Assembly: GCF_006345805.1 (NCBI RefSeq)
Contig: NC_043001.1
Location: 93,558,001-93,622,000, forward strand
Length of the DNA: 64,000 nt
Direction of reading: 5' to 3'
Source of the DNA: Octopus sinensis
Lineage: Eukaryota
Made by a program: the position numbers and the translations under genes. How positions within the stretch are numbered: position 1 is the stretch's first letter; each line of letters opens with the position of its first letter. Below the pieces are notes generated by a model, which was not told where the DNA came from, ran no database searches, and worked only from the letters and a program-made list of their open reading frames with translations. This document shows, in pieces, positions 55,445 to 64,000 of this stretch.

Positions 55445-55781
55445 CATGATAATGAATGCAGCGTAAAGTGAAACCTTTCCGCTTTCCACTATTGTATTCC
55501 TTAGTCTTCCTTTTAAAAACAGTTTACATTCATAGTTTGAATTGAATGGTGAGAATATGCCCGCAGTCGAAAAGTTTCAAAAGAGTTTAGAAAGTTATTG
55601 TAATTATACAACGGTGAACATGAAACAAATAACGAGTTGAATGGCCTAACCCAAAGAATGTTCAAGAATTTTCTAAGATAGAACTGATAACATCGCCATT
55701 CAAAGAGAAATTTCACTATCTATAATCTTGGTCTCCGATTAAGAGGCAAAATAACCTACATCTCTCTTATGTTATAGATTA

Positions 55782-56173
55782 CTAGCAATATCGCCCGGCG
55801 TTGCTCGGGTTTGTTTCAACCCTTTAGAATTGGAATTTTCGAAAAGTAAAAATTTTGCATTATGTAGCTTGTTAATCTCTTTAAGTGTACATTTTTCTGG
55901 TTGAAATACACCGAAAAATGGCGACACAGCAGTAAAAAAATCGTAAAAAATAGGGATTTTTATTGAAAATAAGCACCCTTTTTGATGTAAATAATTTTTG
56001 GTGTTAACATGGTCCGATTTGAATTTTTACTTCTACGGAAGGAAGAGCAAGCCTTCTATCATATTCTCAATTTTGGTCAACTTGCGCTGCAGGGTCTCGG
56101 AGGAGATAGTGTTAGTTGAAGGCTACCAAACCTGCCATACATACACAAATTCAGCTTTATATATATATATAGA
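55782..56173 (-). mobile_element. Non-autonomous Helitron
   Basis: Minus strand begins 5'-TC(tatatatat..) and ends CTAG-3', with GC hairpin cccgagcaacgccggg shortly before the CTAG; inserted between A and T with no TSD. Confidence 0.88.
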
Positions 56174-56448
56174 TTATGATGTTAACGTGAGGCTGGAAGG
56201 GGGTCACAGAGAGGAACAGAGAGTGCAGGGGAAAGGAGAGAATGAGAAATGGAGTAAGAGAATGATGCATTCAAAGGCTTTTTGAAAACAAATTTTCAAA
56301 ATTGGTTACATATAGAACTCTTGATTCTTTACACAAACTTCTTGCATAGATGGCGTCCTTATTCCCAGTTGTATGGTTTCCAATGTCGTTTATATGATGA
56401 TATGGACTGGTTTGTGCACGCAAAACTATAAGGAAGGCGGAACTGAGC

Positions 56449-56744
56449 CAACCTGTTATTAAATATTCTTAATTATAACCAAATATTTTGAGTACATTTT
56501 TTCACCGTGCTGCTACTTGTATATATCTATCTGTCTGTCTATCTGTTTACCAATCTATCAATCTATCTATTCTATTTTTTTTTTTCATTTTTTCTTTTTT
56601 TTTTTTTTTTGTTCTTTTCTTCCCTTTTACGATCCCTCTTGATCGAAAACCTACGCCACCCCCTTTTTTTCATCCCCCAAAAGAAAAGCTCTACCTTGTA
56701 ACTTGTCCCATCTGTGTGCAGCCCTGTGTGGCCAATAAAGAAAC

Positions 56745-56830
<86 letters not shown>

Positions 56831-56985
56831 CTGTCTGTCTGTCCGTCCATCTGTCTATCTATCAGTCTGTCTATCATCTATCAACCTGTTATTAAATATT
56901 CTTAATTCTAACCAAATATTTTGAGTACATTTTTTCACTTTGCTGCTACTTGTATATATCTATCTGTCTGTCTATCTGTCTACCA

Positions 56986-56995
<10 letters not shown>
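56449..56995 (+). repeat. Direct duplication of ~110 bp (56449-56560, 56882-56995) enclosing a LINE-like 3' end
   Basis: caacctgttattaaatattcttaatt(a/c)taaccaaatattttgagtacattttttcac.. occurs twice with about 4 differences. Confidence 0.88.
56570..56745 (+). mobile_element. 5'-truncated retroelement 3' end followed by (CTAT)n
   Basis: Ends cttgtaacttgtcccatctgtgtgcagccctgtgtggccaataaagaaa (AATAAA) and runs into (CTAT)n. Confidence 0.6.
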
Positions 56996-57073
<78 letters not shown>

Positions 57074-57198
57074 GTATGTCTGTCCGTCTATCTATCTGTC
57101 TATCTATTGGTCTGTCTATCTATTTATCATCTATCTATTTGTCTATCAATCTGTCTGTCTTCTATCTATCTATGTATCTGTCTATCAATCTGTCTGTC

Positions 57199-57254
<56 letters not shown>

Positions 57255-57300
57255 CTCTGTCTGTCTGTCTGTATGTATGTCTGTCTATCATCTATCTGTG
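56746..57300. repeat. (CTAT)n/(CTGT)n microsatellites
   Basis: Directly visible. Confidence 0.95.
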
Positions 57301-58179
57301 TGTATCTCTGCGCATATATGTAGACACACAGGCAGACAGACACACACACACATATTAAAAAAATTATGCTATGTTGGTAAAGTACCGCGTAGGGTATGGA
57401 GTTCAACGGAGTGCAAATGATTGATACAGATTAAGATTGATAGAGTAGCAGTGAGTAAAAGAAGAAAATAAAGAGATAATCTACAAGAGGAGCTCCGTAG
57501 AGATTCTAGCTAATTCCATTTTAGAGATGAATGAATCAGGAAACAAAATTCAATACGGTATGAGTTATGACTCCATGCCAAAACTATGACAATTTTTAAC
57601 GCTGTACCACAGCTCAACGTAATGGCTTAGAAGTACGTAAACACACAATGCATAGAAATTTTTCCGTTCCTTGTTATGTTATTTTATGTGTGTAATTACC
57701 ACGCTGCCATTAGTGAGTACATATAATACTTCGATATAAGGCAAACAATATCACAGCACTTTCATGCATATGCATGGCAGCACGGACAATTTCTGTTTTC
57801 CATTTCCAATTTAGCCTGCAGATGTGCCGTAATTATCCTGTCATTTGATCGTTGCTTGCTTTGTACGTTAGTATGGAATCAGTGTTTCCACAATATCCTT
57901 AACATCTCGGTTCGAATGTAAAAAAGAAAAAAAATCAAATAGGAAAAATATCCACACAATGACTGATCGCAAGAGATGATATGATTATCATACATAATAC
58001 ACCAGCAACAACATATTCATTAAATATCATTCCTAGAACTAGCCATAATTGCAGATGGAGAACATAATTATAAATTCTAATTTAGAAGTATCAGTGTCCA
58101 ACAGGACAAGAAATCAACATTACAGCGCACGTTAGCATCGTGATTATACATCTCCGTGGCAATAGTGTGCAAGGTCGAC

Positions 58180-58225
<46 letters not shown>

Positions 58226-58250
58226 ATGTATGTGTGTGTGTGTGTGTGTA

Positions 58251-58414
58251 TAGGGATAAACCACTAGGTGGATAACCAATACGGTAGAAGAAGATCACAT
58301 ACGATCTAACTACAACGAAAAGAATGTTCTCCAGGGAACACTCTTTTCTTTGTAGTTAGATCGTATCTTATCTTCCTCTGGCGTATTGGTTATCCACGTA
58401 GTGGTTTATTCCTA
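58251..58414. repeat. 164 bp foldback hairpin with a tiny loop
   Basis: tagggataaaccactaggtggataaccaatacg..atacgatctaactacaacgaaaagaatgttc / gaacactcttttctttgtagttagatcgtat..cgtattggttatccacgtagtggtttattccta. Confidence 0.92.
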
Positions 58415-59065
58415 AATATGCACAGGTATTGAAATTTCTTCTGCTTATTCAGATTTTTTTATATATGCTAGGCTACTAGTTTTAAATTGACATTAATTAA
58501 ATTAATATTCAATTTATCTCCCTCATCATTTAAATATATATATATGGAAACAGTCAAGATAGAAAATGCTAAAATAATTTTATAAAAAAAATTTCAGTAC
58601 AGGTTTCAGTCATTGAGACGTTCAACTCTAAGTATGGAAAACAATTAAATTTTGGAAAAATTAAAGCAAGGCTTCTTTTAAAAGAATATTTGCATAGTGT
58701 TCAAATACAAGTTGCATTTTCCTTGTTTCTGTCTGTTTCTCTCTCTCATATAAATATATATATCTATATATGGCACAACAGCAAACATAATGACGGTTTG
58801 AGAAACGATTTTAAAATGTGTATCAGGGTGACACTCAAGAAAATTGAAAGATATCTTTAAACACTTTGAGCCAACGTTCCCTTACAGAAAGAAGTTAATG
58901 AAAAGAGAAAAATGGTAGACAGAAAAAGAATCAGGCATTTCTCAACTGAACGCTCAATTTTGCCTGTATGTGTGTGTGTGTTTGTCTGCATACCTCTAGA
59001 TAATCTGTGTGCGTCTATTTTACATTGAAGTAAGCAATTAATTTGGTAAATGCTGAGAGAATCCT

Positions 59066-59434
59066 TGGCACTCCGTCGGTTGCGACGACGAAGGTTCCAG
59101 CTGATCCGATTATCGGAACAGCCAACTCATGAAATTAACGTGCAAGTGGCTCAGCACTTCGCAGACACGTGTACCCTTAACGTAGTTCTCGGGGGAGATT
59201 CGGCGTGACACAGTGTGTAACAAGGCTGGCCTTTTGAAATACATGTACAACAGAAACAGGATGAAAGAGTGATGAAGATGTGGTGAAAGAATACAACAGG
59301 ATTCTCCAGCGGGATCCTCATGGAGCTTTAAGTGTTTTCGTTCAATAAACACTCACAACGCCCGGTCTGGGAATCGAAACTCCGATCCTATGACCACGAG
59401 TCCACTGCACTAACCACTGTACCAATGCGACTCC
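59066..59434 (-). mobile_element. SINE family B copy
   Basis: Same head as 39098-39389; tail homologous to 22783-22900 but longer. Confidence 0.9.
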
Positions 59435-59944
59435 ACGCTGAGAGAGTACGTAGCAGATTTAAATAAGCACTGGGTTCAATTTCTTAGAATATCCTTTTGA
59501 GGTCGTGGATCTTTAAGAATCAAATCCCTTCAATGCACATTCGATTTTACAACGATGATCATTATAAATATCCTTCAGGGCATTTTCAGCTGAATTCTCA
59601 TGTCTTACTTAAAGCTATCTCAGTCTTCTGTACACTTTGGTTACTTTTTGTACACCTTTATTTAGTACATTACAAAATTATCAATTAACGTTTATATAAC
59701 ATAGTCTAAGCGATGTATCCGTGGGCTGTACAACTGCTTTCATTGAATACACGTATTATAATAGTACAATAACACAGCTGATCTTGGCTAGATAAGAACT
59801 TCAACGGTAAATTTTTATATCCCGTTACATTATAGAAATTATATCTTGATTCATATAAATATGTTAGAAACGGTTTTCAATAACAAAAAAGAAACCAAAC
59901 AAACGAAACAGACTTTCATGTTGATACTACTTTAAGGAATACTG

Positions 59945-60125
59945 TGGAGAACTGGCAGAATCGACAGCACGTCGGGCAAGATGCTTAGCAGCATTTTATC
60001 CATTTTGTCGTTCTGACTTCAAATTCTGCCGAGGTCAACTTTCTGTTTTATTTTTTCGAGCTTTGGAAACTGTAATCGACTAGCACCGTCCCTCTAAATT
60101 TCAAGCCTTTCATTTATAGTTGAAC
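59945..60125 (+). mobile_element. SINE family C copy
   Basis: aactggcagaatcgacagcacgtcgggcaagatgcttagcagcatttt..ttcaaattctgccgaggtcaacttt. Confidence 0.82.
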
Positions 60126-60483
60126 ACTATTACTTTAAGAAATTGCAAAATAAATTCTAAGCGGATACAATGCACTTGCCTTGAGATAAACGTATATGAA
60201 TGGGTGAGAAACTTAGCAAGCAGAGAAACGAAATAATAAATATTTAGACTTGTGTCTAAATATTTTGGGCGTTTATTAAAAAATTCACGTGTGAGTTCAT
60301 TAAAAAAAAATCACACAAGCACACAGATACACTATTACGAACAGTTTTATATCTACATGCATAAATGCACACATACATGCACGTATATATGTACATATAT
60401 ACATTAATTTGCACATACAGATTCACGCACATATTTACTCTACCTTTTCCATATGTCTGTGTATATATATATTCATACGTAGA

Positions 60484-60524
<41 letters not shown>

Positions 60525-60572
60525 CCACACCGAAATTTGTCTATGAATGTACACACACACACGCATATATAT

Positions 60573-60614
<42 letters not shown>

Positions 60615-61400
60615 ATATATATATAATATATATATATATATACACATATACATGTGTATTCATATATGTATGTGTATGTATATATATGTGCGTGTGTGTG
60701 CTTGTGTGTCAATGTAGCTATCTATCTAGGGACATACATATGTACACATAAATACGTATAGTATGTATACGATTCACAGATTACTATTCGTACAAACGTT
60801 AAAATACCTTGAAGAGGATACCGGAGCTAATTTGACAAGCACTCAATCATCCTTTCATTTTTATAACAGCGACGCCATCATTTCGTAACTGTCACGCTAG
60901 TATTTTTCGAGGACGGAAACATAAGACGTGTCATGTAAAGAAGCCAAAAGTGATCTTAAAACAACGAACAATAAAAAAAATAAATTTAATTCTTTACAAG
61001 GTATATTTTTATTTCATCTTATATATATATATATATATATATTTTTTTCTTTTCTATTTCTTTGTCTACCCTTTTGTTTTCGTTTAAGAAAAAAAGTACC
61101 TTTTCCTTTCAGAATGCGGTTTATAATGTGACTTTTAACAAGATACTTTTTCACCCCATCAACACTATATCCTCCCGTCTTTCGTCACTTTCCATAATCA
61201 ACTAAATAACTTGATGGTTTCTTTCAAAGCCATTTCCCTCTCAATCGTTTTATTCTTCAATTTTCATTAACCATATTTTTATTTATATTATCTCAATATC
61301 TCATTTCTCCACCGTCTCTCTCTCTCTCTTTTCAAAACAACTCTTCATTCTCCTTAATGATATTTATTTCGTGCCTTCATTCTAATATCGCTTGCTCTTG

Positions 61401-61528
61401 TCTTCTTCTTCTTCTTCTTCTTCTTCTTCTTCTTCTTCTTCTTCTTCTTCTTCTTCTTCTTCTTCTTCTTCTTCTTCTTCTTCTTCTTCTTCTTCTTCTT
61501 CTTCTTCTTCTTCTTCTTCTTCTTCTTC
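61401..61528. repeat. Pure (CTT)n microsatellite
   Basis: Directly visible. Confidence 0.98.
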
Positions 61529-61689
61529 ACAATCTTGTGTTTCTGTAGATGTTGCTGTCCTTCTTGTTATTTATCCTACTCCTGATTGAACTTGTAAAAA
61601 AAAATTTCCCTCTCATTAGATTATGTCTTATTACAATATTTCTGGTTCTTTTTTCCTTTCCTTCTTCATCACGTCCCATTTACCTCCAA

Positions 61690-61898
61690 CTATTGCTGCT
61701 TCTGCTGCTGCTGCTACTACTACTGCTACTACAACAACTACTACTACTATTTATTATTTTTTCTACTACTGCTACAACCAGTACTATAACATTAGTAACA
61801 ACCACCACCACCAACACCAGTACCAGCTTCAGCACCAGCACCAGCACCCGTTGCCACTAGTACCGCTAATGCTACGGCTATTGCAGCTGTTGCTGCTG

Positions 61899-61954
<56 letters not shown>

Positions 61955-62070
61955 GTGACGACTACGCAGTCAACAAGCACCTTGTCCAACCTACTACTAT
62001 CAACACGACCACCGCTACATGCAGGGGAAGCACTCCTCATCCTCCTACTACAACTACTACGACTACTACT
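61690..62070. repeat. (CTA)/(CTG)/(CAC) trinucleotide repeats
   Basis: Directly visible. Confidence 0.9.
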
Positions 62071-62634
62071 GTTGCTTTAATGCTTTACTTTCTTCTGTTT
62101 TTTTTTTTAGTTTCCTTTGATAGTTTTTCTTATGATGTTGGTAGCTTCATTGCTCAACAACATTGCGGCTTTGCAATATCTCATTGCATAAACATTTAGC
62201 ATAAATCACCTCTGAAATATTGTTAATTAGTTTCTAAGCTAAATAATTTATTTTTTTCTTGAAATTCTGTTATTCGTACATGACTTGATATTTCGTCATA
62301 CGGTTTTGTATCATTACCAGTTTATTTTTTTATTACTAGTAAAAAGTTTTCCATGTGAGAATGATATGCAATTAATTAAATGTAACAGTATACTTCATAA
62401 ATATTGGATCATTAGTCTAAATATAATAATCATTGATAACTATCTACGCTGGCACGGCGGACTTTTAAGTATGCCCTTTAGCAGGCACAGGCTATGAAAT
62501 GAATGGCTGGAAGTTACTTCTTCATTGGACGCTATTCTATTACACATAGAGAACATGCTGTTTTCATAAATCCATCCATCTATCTATCTATCCATCTATA
62601 TATCTATCTATCTCTGGGTATATATATATATACA

Positions 62635-62812
62635 TCTCTGCCTGCAACTGCCGAATTCATCTCCAGATATATTGACCGTGTCCTCGCCCCCCTAGTGGCT
62701 TCCCTCCCCTCTCACATCCATGACACAAACCACGCACTTCTTTTGTTCAACTATTTCTCCTTCCGTCCAGGCCCCTCTAAACTTCTCTTCAATCTCGACA
62801 TCCAGAGCCTTT
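62635..62812 (+). pseudogene. Penelope-like element reverse transcriptase fragment
   Basis: SLPATAEFISRYIDRVLAPLVASLPSHIHDTNHALLLFNYFSFRPGPSKLLFNLDIQSL matches the PLE RT pattern S..LD..L.PLV..LPSYIKDT..L....L.T.DV.SLYT; it starts right after (TA)n. Confidence 0.85.
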
Positions 62813-64000
62813 CACATTTAACTTCTATCATTTTCATTTTCAAAATATAAGATGATGGTCAACAATCACTCAAAACTCTTTAAAAGATAGGTAAGAAATG
62901 AAATTAACGAAACATAAGGAATAATGTTCCATTGAACTGATACGGAAATTGCATTTGTTTCTTAATTGAAGATAGCCACTCATCCTGATAAAGACATGGG
63001 TAACAAAACATCCAATCGTTCATTCATTTACGATTCTTCAGTTTATTTAGTAAAATGAAAACAAGACGCATTTCTAGCGAATGAAATTTTTATGACTGAA
63101 ATATTGTCTAGTGATTTATATTGGTTTGTTATAATACACAAACCACTTCCGATCTATTCTAATGCATTTACTACCACGCAAATTTGTAACTCCACATGAT
63201 ATAACATTTATATGTAAGTAGTTATTCCAGTGTGTATTTATCAGCAACGAAATACATTTCCAGTAAACAGAGATTATTGTAAATATGTTCTTATCCATTG
63301 ATTTCTTGCATTAAAATTGATCAAGTTTATAGAAATGTCAAGTTCATGACATTCACAAGTTCATTAGAGGATTAGATAAAAGCTTCAGGCCAAAACAAAA
63401 CATGCTTCCATGTAAACCCAACAGTAACTCGTCTCTTCATTTTAGCGTTTGACGTGATCACTTATTTGCTCTTTAGTTTGCTTTATGAATGTGATATTTA
63501 TTTTGCATCTGTGGGTAATAGTTAAGGACACCGGCTAATAGCGGCAACAGCTCCCGAGCAATACACGTATTTATTAATATTTGCAATGGATGGAACCTGC
63601 ATTGTTAGGAACACTGTTGTTCTGAAGTCGCAAGCGGTTAGAACCTTCCATGATGAATTCTCTTTTATATTTGCTTCTCTTTTTGTCATCTCAAATCTCA
63701 AAGAAAACACTAAGCATTTAACCAAAACTTTGTTACCAAACACGCATATTTCTGAACATCTATTGATACATTGACATTTCCAGTTAACCTATATACAAAC
63801 TTTCAACCATTCAGATGAAACGGTAATACCATTAACATTAGCTGCCTATTTTATCACTAATATAAACATGAATGAATATATATACCGTATAATCCCTATG
63901 CCACAGACTATAAGGCATAGCAGAAATATATAGTTTAATGCATGCGATTCGATACTTCAGTATGGTTATGGTATAGGCATTTTCACTTAAATCAACGTTC

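Overview
AT-rich, microsatellite-dense eukaryotic DNA, intronic or intergenic in character. The tRNA-derived SINE families resemble those I recall from Octopus, so a coleoid cephalopod origin is inferred but not proven. Almost all listed ORFs are artefacts of (TA)n, (CA)n, (TATG)n, (CTAT)n and trinucleotide repeats, and no complete protein-coding gene is visible. Recognisable content: at least three SINE families in many copies (some nested or tandem); decayed R4/Dong-type and other LINE reverse-transcriptase remnants; a Penelope-like RT fragment; a mariner-derived foldback element; a non-autonomous Helitron with intact ends; one plausible terminal coding exon (12014-12278, minus); and an RFX X-box with nearby splice signals. 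The most notable pattern is a set of short elements embedded in (TA)n tracts. They carry hammerhead-ribozyme motifs (one intact minimal type I hammerhead at 14965-14999 on the minus strand, several decayed ones) and/or form long fold-back hairpins (34563, 37587, 46157, 47538, 58251). This is consistent with Penelope-like/retrozyme-like activity targeting TA microsatellites. All alignments were done by eye and element boundaries are approximate.
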